A program made the translations under genes and the position numbers. From contig NC_043000.1 of assembly GCF_006345805.1 (NCBI RefSeq), forward strand, positions 124,001 through 188,000: 64,000 nucleotides of DNA, read 5' to 3'. Positions within the stretch are counted from its first letter, which is position 1. Each line of letters starts with the position of its first letter. This stretch comes from Octopus sinensis (Eukaryota). Below the pieces are notes generated by a model. The model saw nothing but the letters and a program-made list of their open reading frames with translations, was not told the DNA's origin and ran no database searches. Below, piece after piece: positions 25,711 to 38,631 of this stretch.

Positions 25711-25990
25711 GAATGTGACCTCGTGTGTACCGTTGGCGATTTTTTTTCCTCTGTCTTCCCTTCTCGGGATCTTTCCTTCTCCTATGTTTCCGACGAAGAG
25801 GTCCGCTCGAAACGTTAAACCCTCCTTCTTCCCTTCTTTCCTGAGCGTCCAATAATACTATATTTGTTCTACGTCCTCGCGTTGTTGTGCTCCTTTGTGT
25901 TTTCTTTTGTCTTATTAATACTTTGCATGTATCACGTCCTTGCGTTATTGTTTTTTTCTTGTCTTTTTTCTGTTTTATTTGATTAATTAT
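25711..25990 (+). repeat. Hammerhead-bearing interspersed repeat, family H3 copy 1
   Basis: Nearly identical to 30329-30533; both copies sit in TA-rich repeats. Confidence 0.85.
25786..25820 (+). ncRNA. Minimal type I hammerhead-like motif with a U4C core
   Basis: GTTT-CCGACGA-A-GAG-gtccg-CTC-GAAAC-GTT-AAAC: stem I GUUU/AAAC, stem II GAG/CUC, palindromic stem III ACGU, triplet GUU. Confidence 0.6.
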
Positions 25991-25994
25991 ATAT

Positions 25995-26520
<526 letters not shown>

Positions 26521-26649
26521 TAATTCCTTTATATACATACAGCCTCAAATAGACCTACACATTTTTCTACTGCATCAATTAGTAACCGTTGCAATTGCAA
26601 CCTTACTATGATACCGGTGCAGTTTTATTAGTCATATATATATATATAC

Positions 26650-26775
<126 letters not shown>

Positions 26776-27729
26776 ATATATTTGCATGTGTGTGTATACA
26801 TATGGAAAAAATCTATTCACACCGTGGTTACGAACGGGTCTTTTACGAAATATTTACCGTGTTTTTAAACTAATTTTCACTTTAAAGTGTTTTGCGTATC
26901 ATAATGTATCAAATGGAAAGATTACAGCTTCTTCCCTTTCAAGGTTAAGTTATTTTCGGACTATTTTTCCTATTATGAAACCGTTTTGGGTATTTATATC
27001 CCCAAACCCCGAATATCTCAATAACTACTGGTCCGATTTACACGCAACTTGTTTTATGCCGTTCGTATTCACATTTCAGGAGCACATTACTATCAAAGTA
27101 TTTTCCTATTATGCACCAGTTTGGCTGTGTAACATTACAAGCAAGCAAGGAAGATTGAACTTCACCTTTAATGTATTATATATATTATATATATATATAT
27201 ATATATAATATATATATTATATATATATATATACGCACACATACACTCTCATTTATAATATATATATATACATACATACATACATATATAGGAAAAAGAG
27301 AGGAAAATAAAGAACATAGATAGATAAACCGACAAATGTTATTTTAATTACTCATGCTCTTGTTTATATTCAATATTACTACATTGGTCGCACGATTTTC
27401 TGTTAATGGATATGGAAAAGGACTTGCATATGACTTGCATATTCCGTGGATTCTACAAATACTCCCATTAAAATTTTCACATAACATTGCGAATTTCTGA
27501 ATGAATTTTGCATATGTTTTGTTACAATAGAAGGAATCTTCAGGGAATATAACGGAAACCGGGTCGCTTGATACAAATATAAGGTAAACAAATTATTCCA
27601 TTTCTTCTCTACAGTTTGAGGGTCAGTTGCATAGATGTACATAGATCCAGGTAGGATTGGAAATACGGCCAGTTGCCTAACAACTTCAGGTCATTAGATT
27701 TAGATGTCAGAGTTCTCAGTCAGACTAGG

Positions 27730-28020
27730 ATTTCCTGGATATGCGCGGTTAAGGCGCTTGACTTAGTGGTTGGCGTAATCGTCACAAGATTGTAAGCTCG
27801 TGAATTTGATACCTGGCAGCGTGCTGTGTCCCTGACCAAGACACTTATTTCACGTTGCTCCAGTTTCCCCAGCTGGCAAAAATGAGTTGTCTAGCCTTGT
27901 TACTTTCTCTGTCACGCTGAATATCCATGAGAGTTACGTTAAGGGCACACATGTTTGTGGAGTGCTGAGGCACGCTAATCAACTTGTCCCCTCGTCGTCG
28001 TAACCGACCGAGTGCCGATT
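27730..28020 (+). mobile_element. tRNA-derived SINE, related to family C, decayed
   Basis: 'tgtgtccctgaccaagacacttatttcacgttgctccag' and tail 'ctctgtcacgctgaatatcc..cgttaagggcacac..gtcgtcgtaaccgac.gagtgc', shared with 42770-43147. Confidence 0.7.
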
Positions 28021-28139
28021 TTAGCTCGTATTTCTAGCAATGTAGGTGTTCTGACACCCTTAATCATATTCAATGATAATTAATGCTTTCATTTTTGCTA
28101 ACGCATTGCACACATCTGTCTACATTAATCATTTGTAAA

Positions 28140-28142
28140 TAT

Positions 28143-28177
<35 letters not shown>

Positions 28178-28178
28178 G

Positions 28179-28211
<33 letters not shown>

Positions 28212-28304
28212 TAATTATAATAATAATAATGATAATAATAATAATTATAATATAATAATAATATAATAATAATAATAATAATATAATATAATAATAATTA
28301 TAAT

Positions 28305-28340
<36 letters not shown>

Positions 28341-28359
28341 TATAATAATAATAATAATA

Positions 28360-28399
<40 letters not shown>

Positions 28400-28439
28400 T
28401 AATAATAATTAATAATAATAATAAAATAATAATAATAAT

Positions 28440-28477
<38 letters not shown>

Positions 28478-28480
28478 TAT
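28140..28480. repeat. (AAT)n microsatellite followed by (TA)n
   Basis: Direct tandem repeats. Confidence 0.97.
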
Positions 28481-28547
28481 ATATATATATTATTCATATT
28501 AATTATATATATATATATGTATTTATGAATATGTAAATGTATGTAAG

Positions 28548-28585
<38 letters not shown>

Positions 28586-28587
28586 TG

Positions 28588-28623
<36 letters not shown>

Positions 28624-29074
28624 TACATACAAAAACCACCGACGCTCATGGTAATACACACTCGCACTCACATAAACACACATAATTATACTTATATATT
28701 TTACATGTATATATACACACACACGGGCACACACACACACACACACATGCACATACAACACCATACACATAACTGGTGTGTCTGAGGGTGTTTCCATAAT
28801 TTTCACACAGAAATGCTTAACAAAATTACGGTGTTCTTTATTTCGTTAGAGTTTGCTGCTTAGTAATAGTGCTGCCAACGGTGAGTAGCGTTGCAGCTAT
28901 AGTTACCTAAAGCTGTATGCGGAGACTGGCTTGTATGTAGTGGTGGGGTATAGTCATCTTCCAGGAGTCAAGGCCTCGACGGCTGACTCACTAACACTCT
29001 CAACACTGGCTTCATTGTTCTGCATGCTCACAACGTATAAAGCGCATACATAGAAATGTAAATATATGTGTGTA

Positions 29075-29184
<110 letters not shown>

Positions 29185-29270
29185 CACACATATATATATA
29201 TACATATATATATATATACACATATATATATATACATATATATATATACATATATATATATGTACATATG

Positions 29271-29307
<37 letters not shown>

Positions 29308-29309
<2 letters not shown>

Positions 29310-29436
29310 AGGTGCAATGGCCCAGTGGTTAGGGCAGCGGACTCGCTGTCGTAGGTTCGCGGTTTCGATTCCCAGACCGGCCGTTGTGAGTGTTTATTGA
29401 GCAAAACACCTAAAGCTCCACGAATCTCCGGCAGGG
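29308..29436 (+). mobile_element. SINE family C, 5' part
   Basis: A-box TGGCCCAGTGG, B-box-like TTTCGATTCCC; matches the reverse complement of 43020-43147. Confidence 0.88.
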
Positions 29437-29442
29437 TCGGCG

Positions 29443-29828
29443 CGATACCTGCTCAGAGGCCCACGCAAAATTCCAGGGAGTGGATGGAGAGGAGTTCAAG
29501 AGCTGCATACAAGTGTACGAGTAGTTCAAATGTTTCCAAATGGCCGAAAACATGTCGATAGTGACGAACATTCTGAGGGACCCGCAAAGAGCAGAACTGA
29601 GAAAAACATCGCTGATGTGCGTGTAGCTGTGAGGGGAAATCATGGAATCACCATCCACGAGATATAAGAGGATGTGCAGATTAGTTACGGTTCAGTCCGG
29701 TCCATTATTTTTGAAGATTTGCATATGAGACGCATGTCTGCCAAGTTTGTGCCAAGGAGACACTCGAGTTTCAGTTGCAAAAGATCTCCTTGATTGTGTC
29801 GAGAACGATGGAGACTTTTTTGAAAATT
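29443..29828 (+). pseudogene. Mariner transposase N-terminal (HTH) fragment, inverted relative to its own 5' end
   Basis: QVYE*FKCF.NGRKHVDSDEHS.GP...EKNIADVR....I.EDVQISYGSV.SII.EDLHMRRMSAKFVPR. Confidence 0.85.
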
Positions 29829-30065
29829 AGGTAGGCCTCTGAGCAAGTATCTCCAAGCTTTTGGCATAATTTGAGGCAGATTCTCTGCTCTACTTCCTCT
29901 GTCGTGGTAAATGCGACGATCACACAGCGGAAGTGAGCTAGAACGTTACAACTTTGTCAGCATGCACTTTAGAGTTTAAGGTCAATCTGTGCCAAGTGGT
30001 TTTACGCTGCATGTTTTAGCTTCGTTATTATGGTAACAGTCCGGATACTTATTGATCAGACTACG
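29829..30065 (-). mobile_element. 5' TIR, UTR and first codons of the same mariner
   Basis: Terminus 'cagtccggatacttattgatcagactacg' plus TA; minus strand reads ..EQRICLKLCQKLGDTCSEAY. Confidence 0.75.
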
Positions 30066-30108
30066 TACATACATACACGTTTGTCTATTATACAAAATAT
30101 TTAAATAA

Positions 30109-30139
<31 letters not shown>

Positions 30140-30328
30140 CCTCTGAAGTCTGTGTACATATATACATACATACATGTTTGTCCATATATACTTACTAACA
30201 CACACACATACATCCATATATGTGTGTAGATGTATGTAATATATAGTTATATACTTGTATATAAATATATATGTCTGTATACATATGTATATCTATCTAT
30301 CTATCTCTATATATGTACATATATTCAA

Positions 30329-30533
30329 AATGTGACCGCGTGTGTACCGTTGGCGATTTTTTTCCCTCTGTCTTCCCTTCTCTGGATCGTTCCTTCTCCT
30401 GTTTCCGACGAAGAGCTCCGCTCGAAACGTTAAACCCTCCTTCTTTCCTTCTTTCCTGAGCGTCCAATAATACTATATTTGTTCCACGACCTCACGTTGT
30501 TGTGATTTTTTGTGCTTTCTTGTTTGGATTAAC
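30329..30533 (+). repeat. Hammerhead-bearing interspersed repeat, family H3 copy 2
   Basis: Homologous to 25711-25990. Confidence 0.85.
30401..30435 (+). ncRNA. Minimal type I hammerhead-like motif with a U4C core
   Basis: GTTT-CCGACGA-A-GAG-ctccg-CTC-GAAAC-GTT-AAAC. Confidence 0.6.
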
Positions 30534-30651
30534 TATATATATATGTATATGCACACCTACATGTACATATATTTCCATATACATTCACATGTAAATGTAT
30601 ACATATATATATATGTGTATGTGCGTGTGTGTGTGTGTGTGTGCATGTGTA

Positions 30652-30683
<32 letters not shown>

Positions 30684-31382
30684 TCATAATGAAAATCAAA
30701 GTTTAATATGAATTTTGGATATGTCGCTATGTATATGTAGTTTCTTTGTCACACGGATAGGCTTGCATCTATAAACGGTAAACACACACACACACACATG
30801 TACACATACATTTACAAGAAATGCCATAGCACATACTTTGCGGTTTCGACCTGTTGGCCATCCTCGGATAGAATCTGAAAACAAACACATGCGCCCCAGC
30901 ACGGCAGACGCCAAAAGATATTTTCTCACCCCCTCCAATATAAGCTCCCACACATTCGTACCACTACACACCGCATGCACACATAAATGCCCCACGAATT
31001 TAACCAGGTGATAAAAGTGGGAAACACACTAACACAGATGCGTATACCACCACCCCACGGAAAACCTATACATATAGTACCACTACACACATTCCATTTG
31101 CATGGGAACACCAACCTTAAAGACACACATTTCCCACAAACTCTTTCCAGTAAACTCTTGCGGACTTGCAACAAAACTACCCCTAGAACTCTTAACTCAG
31201 TCCCTTGCTCTATTTGTTTCATCATCTTTTTCCCAGCAATCACAAACCTTGTTTATAATTTTCACCTTAAAAGGTATTTTTTAATATGCAGGCCACTGAT
31301 AAAATATTTTGAAAATTTTTATCCTATATTATATATATATATATATAAACATCAAAGTAAGCAACAAGGATATCCAGAGCTA

Positions 31383-31470
31383 ATGCAATACGATCGTTTC
31401 AAGCAACTCCATTTAGCTGAACAATGTAATCATTACATCAATTTAAATGCAGAGCAATCCTCAGCTGCAT
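31383..31470 (-). ncRNA. Type I hammerhead motif with an intact core
   Basis: Minus strand: ATGCAG-CTGAGGA-(long stem II)-GAAAC-GATC-GTA-TTGCAT; base of stem II poorly paired. Confidence 0.65.
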
Positions 31471-31650
31471 AAAGACATAGAATTTAATTAAATTAAAATT
31501 GATGGACACATAAGTATAATTTTACCTAAAGTCACCAAGAATGTAAGGAGATAGAGAACATGCTTTCTATCTCTTTACCTTCTTGGAGATTTTAGATAAA
31601 ATTATACTAATGTGTCCATCTGTTTCAATTTAATTAAATTCAAAGCCTTT

Positions 31651-31738
31651 ACGCAGCTGAGGATTGCTCTGCATTTAAATTGATGTAATGGTTGCATTGT
31701 TCAATTAAATGGAGTTGCTTGAAACGATCGTGCTGCAT
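31651..31738 (+). ncRNA. Type I hammerhead motif with the cleavage triplet mutated to GUG
   Basis: ACGCAG-CTGAGGA-...-GAAAC-GATC-GTG-CTGCAT. Confidence 0.55.
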
Positions 31739-32928
31739 TACCTCTGGATATCCTTGTTGCTTATTTTGATTTTAATCACCTAATTTTGAAATTGTATGGA
31801 TGATACCGTACTAAATTCTGGTGTCTGAACTTAAGTACCATATTCATCTGAATATATATATATATATAAAGGCGAGATGGCAACAAACTAAAAACATCCT
31901 TTTGCTGCAGGTAAAGGAATTCTTGTTGGCTGGACCAGGTCCCCGGTAGTTTGAGTCAAATGTAATTCAACAAAATAAAATGAACAGGGTCATTGGTTTA
32001 TAAAATATTTGTGAGTGAAGCACAAATAGAAGCTAAACCGGATGATAAATAAAATGAAAAGGGCATTGATAGATAACGAAGCTAATTATGAAATATTAAT
32101 TGAATGTCAGTATTGTAAGTATTAATTAAAAAAGGAAAATGAAATGAAAAGGAGTTAACTATGAGGAAACTTAACTGCGTAATTAATAATTATAAATAAT
32201 TGTGAATTGTAAGGGATATAACTTAGAAGGAAAATAATTTTCAGAAAGGTAATCAGAATAATTCAAAGAAATGATAGAATTTACAATTCGTTTAATTAAG
32301 CATTTATTTACTCTTTAAGGATTCTAGTAACATATTTATACAGAAATATCAAATTTGATAAGATTGACAGAAATATAGGTTGACAATTATTATTATTATT
32401 ATTCAACATTATGAATACTTATAAAATATTTGTTCAAACGCGTAAATAAGAAGAGCGAAAGGCTTACTCGCTCAGGTAAACATCGAGATCGTACAAAACA
32501 TTTTAGTTTAATTACCGTGCCTTTGGCGCTGAGAGCTCATAAGGATAACGTTTAACTGAACACTGAATGTAGGACGTTTAAGCCGTTAAAAAAAGAAATG
32601 GACGTTGCCATCACAATTGTATTCATTACGATCCATAAATACGAAAACCACGCTATCATCGAGCTTGAAATGATAGACTTGTAGCAGCAGTTTTAATAAC
32701 TTTAATATTATGAAGAAGAAAATCGAATGTAGATTTACACAGGTTGATATTGTGGTGTACTACACAACAATTTCTAGATGTCTTCTCTTGCTAGTTTGGA
32801 AATTCTGTAAAACCTACATCACCATAATCCAAGCCGGCACTAATATGATAATGAAAATAGGCAAACCATTATTATTTTTGATAATTTCTTCTCATTTAAT
32901 ATATTCGGAATTAATATTTTCGATGTTC

Positions 32929-32967
32929 CAGACTGAAGACGAGCAACGACTCAGAAACTAGTCTCTG
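32929..32967 (+). ncRNA. Minimal type I hammerhead motif
   Basis: CAGA-CTGAAGA-C-GAG-caacga-CTC-A-GAAAC-TA-GTC-TCTG: 4-bp stem I, palindromic stem III ACTAGT, GUC triplet; C.A mismatch at the base of stem II. Confidence 0.55.
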
Positions 32968-33185
32968 TGTGTTGGCTTAGCTGGGTTGATGTGCTTATCT
33001 CCCCCTTGTAAACATAAGGAGACAGGAAATGTGTCAAGGCCGACAGGAAGCGTTGGTGCTTCCTAAGGCAAAAAGAGCAATAACATTATTCCCTTCATGG
33101 GACTGTCACATTAAGTTGACGGCATACAACTACTTTATATATATATATATATTTATATAATTTTAAAGTTTCACTTCTCCTTGTA

Positions 33186-33346
33186 GGCGCAGGAGTGGTT
33201 GTGTGGTAAGTAGCTGCTTACCAGCCACATGGTTCTGGGTTTATTACCACTGCGTGGTATCTTGGGCAAGTATCTTCTACTATAGCCTCGGGCCGACCAA
33301 AGCCTTGTGAGTGGATTTGTTAGACGGAAACTGAAAGAAGCCCGTC

Positions 33347-33383
<37 letters not shown>

Positions 33384-33630
33384 TATATATATATGCATGT
33401 ATATTTACGTGTGTTTATATGTTTGTGCGTCTGTGTTTGTCCTTCCAACATCGCTTGACAACTGATGACGCTGTGCTTACGTCCCCGTAACTTAGCGGTT
33501 CGGCAAAAGAGACCGATAGAATAAGTACTAGTCATCTACATAATAAGTCCTGCGGTCGATTTGCTCGACTAAAGGCGGTGCTCCAGCATGGCTGCAGTCA
33601 AAAGCCTGAAATAAGTAAAAGAGTGAAAGA
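33186..33630 (+). mobile_element. SINE family B, full length
   Basis: Head 'ggcgcaggagtgg.tgtgtggtaag', CORE-like 'cttgggcaagt.tcttctactatagcctcggg', internal (TA)n, standard tail. Confidence 0.92.
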
Positions 33631-34765
33631 GCCATTAAAGCACGGAAACATCAAAACTCGTCGGTCTATTTAAATTATACAGCCTGATAGAACATAAAAC
33701 GTGTATAAATTATTTCCCGTAATATGAACAAATGTCATACGGGTAAGCAAAATTAGCAAAACGTAAAGCAGTATAATTCAGATAGTAAAATTTGCGATAG
33801 ACACGAATCTTAAAGCAGTTATTTTCCTATGCTTAATAATAAACTCGGATACAAGTAAGCACCATCCATCTTATAATGTGAATGAATACAACGATAGACA
33901 TTAATAAAGTTTGTAATTACTTGCTGCCCTCAGTCATTAACCACATATCAGACAATACTAGTCGATGATTTTCTAATCTATAATCAAAAAAAGATGTAAT
34001 TGATAAAGCAACCACATACTAGAATGAAGCACAAAGAACGAGTGCTTTCAGAAAGTGTAAGTATATTGTACACACACCAAGAAAAATGCTTAAACAAAGC
34101 AACAAGAAAATAATACCCTTTATTTCTTCATACACTATAAATACACCTTTCTAATCTTAAGATATCCACAAAACTTCACTTCTGTTAGACACTATATCTA
34201 ACAGTAATTTAGACTAATTTTGTTATATTTCTGTAGGTATTATAAGGCCACAAATTTTCAACTAATTTGAAATATTCTGAACAAGCACAATTATTCAATC
34301 ATGGATGTAACTGTATAAATATCGCTAATTTTCCTCTCAACAATGAGTACAGGATGAAAAAGCTGGCGTAAATAACCAAAAGATTTTTTTCTGTTTGGCT
34401 GCCACTTTTCAGTTTCTTCAATTTTGTTCCAGTTGATTTAAAATTTGGTGTATTGATGTAGTTTTGTATGCTAATTATTGAAACTCAGTTTTGCAATAAA
34501 TCAATAATTGAACAGTTAACTGCTTCCAATGTTGTATGGTATTGCCATTGATGTGCTAAAATATTTATCATATTTGTTAATAAAACCGATTTGAAACACG
34601 GAACTTCATCATAATGAAGAATAGATAAAAAAGAGCATAGAGAAAACAAAGGGGAATGTTGAATATGGTTGTAATCATACCATTTTGCTTGTGTATCTCT
34701 TTGGGACGTTAAGTAAATGACTAGTCCATATATATATACACAAATATATATATATATATACACAA

Positions 34766-34804
<39 letters not shown>

Positions 34805-34873
34805 TATATATATATATTATGTGTGTGTGTGTGTGTGTGTATACATATATATATATATAATACACAAATATAC

Positions 34874-34906
<33 letters not shown>

Positions 34907-34910
34907 GTGT

Positions 34911-34955
<45 letters not shown>

Positions 34956-35597
34956 ATATATATATTCGAACTATTTTGGATTCTTTGCATCAATTTAATT
35001 TTTTCTTTCTTTGCAAATAAATTTGATTGCAAAGAATTCAAATTTGATGGCAAAGATCCAAACTAGATCGAAAACATCTATATATATATATATATATATA
35101 TACTAATAATATATATTATATACATACATACACATACACACATATGTACAGATATAGAAATATATCATTTATATCAGAATAGATATACTTACAGATATAC
35201 GTTTGTATGAAAATATGTACAAACATCAACATTGCGCTTAGTCATACAGTACAGCCACAGTGAGACTGATTACATTCCCTATAAAGATACTGTAACTAGC
35301 TTACGCATACAAGCACCTACAAGTACAATCATATATACCTATTTGCTTCATTTTGCGTTATCATTATCATAATAACATGTATACAGAATTTATATAGCAT
35401 TCGGGCATTTATAGATATCGCTTTCCATCATTTTCTACCTCCCCTTTAGTTCTCCCGCCTTTCCAGCTGACTTTATTAATACTTGATGTCACACAATTAA
35501 AGCAATAGTGAAACGTATTAATGCATAAATGGGGCTGTATATAAGGTTTAAAGTGCTTATATGACACAACTGTTTCAAGATTTGTATTTATGTATGT

Positions 35598-35748
35598 ATG
35601 TATGTAGGTAGGTACGCACGCACCTACGTACGTATGTACATACATACATACATACATACATACATACATACATACATACATACATACATACATACATACA
35701 TACATACATACATACATACATACATACATACATACATACATACATACA
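35598..35748. repeat. (TATG)n/(CATA)n microsatellite
   Basis: Direct tandem repeats. Confidence 0.95.
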
Positions 35749-35759
35749 TCCTATATACT

Positions 35760-35964
35760 CTTTACTCTTTTACTTGTTTCAGTCATTTGACTGCGGCCAT
35801 GCTGGAGCACCGCCTTCGGTCGAGCAAATCGACCCCAGGACTTATTCTTTGTAAGCCTAGTACTTATTCTATCGGTCTCTTTTGCCGAACCGCTAGTTAC
35901 GGTGACGTAAACACACCAGCATCAGTTGTCAAGCGATGTTGGGGGGACAAACACAGATGCACAT

Positions 35965-35965
<1 letters not shown>
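35760..35965 (-). mobile_element. SINE family B, 3' half
   Basis: 'gtttcagtcatttgactgcggccatgctggagcaccgcc', 'ctatcggtctcttttgccgaaccg'. Confidence 0.9.
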
Positions 35966-35999
<34 letters not shown>

Positions 36000-36164
36000 C
36001 GAAAGGATCAAATACAAAGTTAGGCTCGGTGGAATTTGAACGCACAACGTAAAGACGGGTGCAATGCCGCCAAACGTTTAACTCGGCATGCTAACGAATC
36101 TGCCAACTCGCCACTTAATGTATTTACAGGTTATTAATGGTGTTAGCAAAAGCTCACAATCTTT

Positions 36165-36197
<33 letters not shown>

Positions 36198-36199
36198 AT

Positions 36200-36250
<51 letters not shown>

Positions 36251-36591
36251 TATATATCTATTTGGGAAAAATGAAGTTCGAAATGCTGCTGTATTATACA
36301 ATTTTTACTTTTATATATCCATTATAACAACACTTTTCAGTTCCTGAAAATGACCTTTCAAAAAAAGTTATATTAAAAAAAAGACAGCTCATCCGTCAAA
36401 CACAAAAATTCATTTATAATACACAACGTATGGCAGAATCTTAGAGTTTCATGTATAGTTGATATTCAGTTCATGTATGTGATATATAGTTTTTGAATAT
36501 AGTTCAAAGTGTTTCGATGCAGTGGCCCACGGTGGCGATACGTATTCAATACAAAAAACAGATACAGTGGTGGAAAGCGGTCGCATATATA

Positions 36592-36997
36592 GGCGCAGGA
36601 GTGGCTGTGTGGTAAGTAGCTTGCTTACCAACCACATGGTTCTGGGTTCAGTCCCACTGCGTGGCACCTTGGGTAAGTGTCTTCTGCTATAGCCCCGGGC
36701 CGACCAAAGCCTTGTGGGTGGATTTGGTAGATGGAAACTGAAAGAAGCCCGTCGTATATATGTATATATATATGTGTGCGTGTATGTTTGTGTGTCTGTG
36801 TTTGTCCCCCTAGCATTGCTTGACAACTGATGCTGGTGAGTTTATGTCCCCGTAACCTAGCGGTTCGGCAAAAGACACCGATAGAATAAGTACTGGGCTT
36901 ACAAAGAATAAGTCCCGTGGTCGAGTTGCTCGATTAAAGGCGATGCTTCAGCATGGCCGCAGTCAAATGACTGAAACAAGTAAAAGAGTAAAAGAGT
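36592..36997 (+). mobile_element. SINE family B, full length (best copy)
   Basis: A-box TGGCTGTGTGG, B-box GGTTCAGTCCC, CORE-like block, tail 'ggcgatgcttcagcatggccgcagtcaaatgactgaaacaagtaaaagagtaaaagag'. Confidence 0.95.
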
Positions 36998-37052
36998 ATA
37001 TATAATATTATTATATATATATATATATATATTATACACGCATATATATATA

Positions 37053-37618
37053 CAATGATTGGACAAAAAAAGGCGCCATATTTACTGGAAAATAGCAATC
37101 GATACAAATACGACGCCATTGTAAAGCTTCACTGCGTATATAATGGCAAATACGTGTGTGTGCAACAAACATGAAAAATTTGTCTTACCTCTAGGAAGAA
37201 CATTCGATAAATGGACAACCCAGAATCAGATAATGCATCTGACTCTTCAAATACGTTTGACAACGTAAATTTGATCAGTCTTCATCAGCTGCATTTACCT
37301 AGAAAATATTTCAAATGTTGCCATATCAATGCTAGTATACTCGCCTGAACGCCTAGCCGTTAACAGAACGAGAACATTAAAAAAAAGTTTTCAATGAAAT
37401 ATATAGCAATACAAACGTATTACTTTCCAGTAAAACAAAACCCCATAAGGGTAGAAGCATACATATTCGAAGAGTCAGAAACCCGTCCTGTATTATCCGG
37501 TTCTGGGTTGTCCATTTATTGAATGTTCTTCCAAGAGATAAGACAAATTTTTCATATTTTTTGCACATCCACGTCTTTGCCAGTATATACACAGTGAAGA
37601 TTTACTATAGCGTCGTAT
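37053..37618 (-). mobile_element. Foldback element, family H4, with a decayed hammerhead; truncated by the gap
   Basis: Degenerate inverted arms 37108-~37260 and ~37455-37618; tail 37053-37107 abuts (TA)n; minus strand 37252-37288 reads CTGATGA-A-GAC-...-GTC-AAAC-GTA (G12 missing). Confidence 0.7.
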
Positions 37619-37718
37619 NNNNNNNNNNNNNNNNNNNNNNNNNNNNNNNNNNNNNNNNNNNNNNNNNNNNNNNNNNNNNNNNNNNNNNNNNNNNNNNNNN
37701 NNNNNNNNNNNNNNNNNN
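37619..37718. other. Assembly gap (100 N)
   Basis: Run of N. Confidence 1.
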
Positions 37719-37749
37719 TGACAGAGGAGACTCGCCATTTTGGAAGTTT

Positions 37750-37785
<36 letters not shown>

Positions 37786-37877
37786 AGAGTTACCATTAAG
37801 TGGTGTAGAAAACACTTGGTGTTAAACTGATGGTATTATTAAAATAATATCTAATTTTTCACCCTTATTTATGAATG

Positions 37878-37912
<35 letters not shown>

Positions 37913-37974
37913 ACGGGAAGGTTTACGAAAATAAACAAAAGTCGAAGGCAGGTGGAGTACAAACAATGTATTAG

Positions 37975-38013
<39 letters not shown>

Positions 38014-38041
38014 GTATATATATATGTGTGTGTGTGTGTAT

Positions 38042-38093
<52 letters not shown>

Positions 38094-38600
38094 GGAGAGT
38101 AATATTTATAAAATATTTATAAAATGAACTCAAATGTAGTTCTGCCCAACACTGCAAGATACGGAAACCTCTATAATTGGACCGTTTTAATTGCTCGTTT
38201 TAATTAGCTATGGTTGATATCACAGCCTAAGAACCTATGACGGAACTGGATACGTTTCAAGTCATTCTTCCTACGAATCGTTATAGTAATCATTATTCTT
38301 GTTCTTTTTATCTAGATGCTGGCTCTGACTCTTCATCGACGAACATTACTTTTGGTGCAAGCTTCATATCGTGCGCAGTTCACTTCGACAAAAAAAATGA
38401 ACTGAAAAACTGCTTTGGAATTCCGTTTTACTCATCCGTTTTCCTTTGAAGAGGAACTCTTGTGCTCGAAATATCGCAAGATGAATAAATAATTGTTTTA
38501 TACAAAATGAAAATTTACATTGTTACAACTTTTTAAAGATTGAATTATTATTTAAATAACACTGTGCTTCATGTATACATACATACATGTACACACGAAC

Positions 38601-38631
<31 letters not shown>

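Larger units (their letters stand above)
31347..31852. mobile_element. Foldback element, family H2 (inverted arm + arm + tail) between (TA)n tracts
   Basis: Arms of about 210 bp around CATG (31559-31562), roughly 20 mismatches by eye; unpaired tail 31775-31852; (TA)n on both sides. Confidence 0.85.

Noticed and set aside
36592-36665. tRNA genes at SINE heads (also 29308, 33186, 43075-43147)
   Set aside because: A and B boxes are present, but the sequences run on into SINE bodies and I could not fold a complete cloverleaf.
37493-37830. ORFs spanning the N run
   Set aside because: Artefacts of translating the gap.
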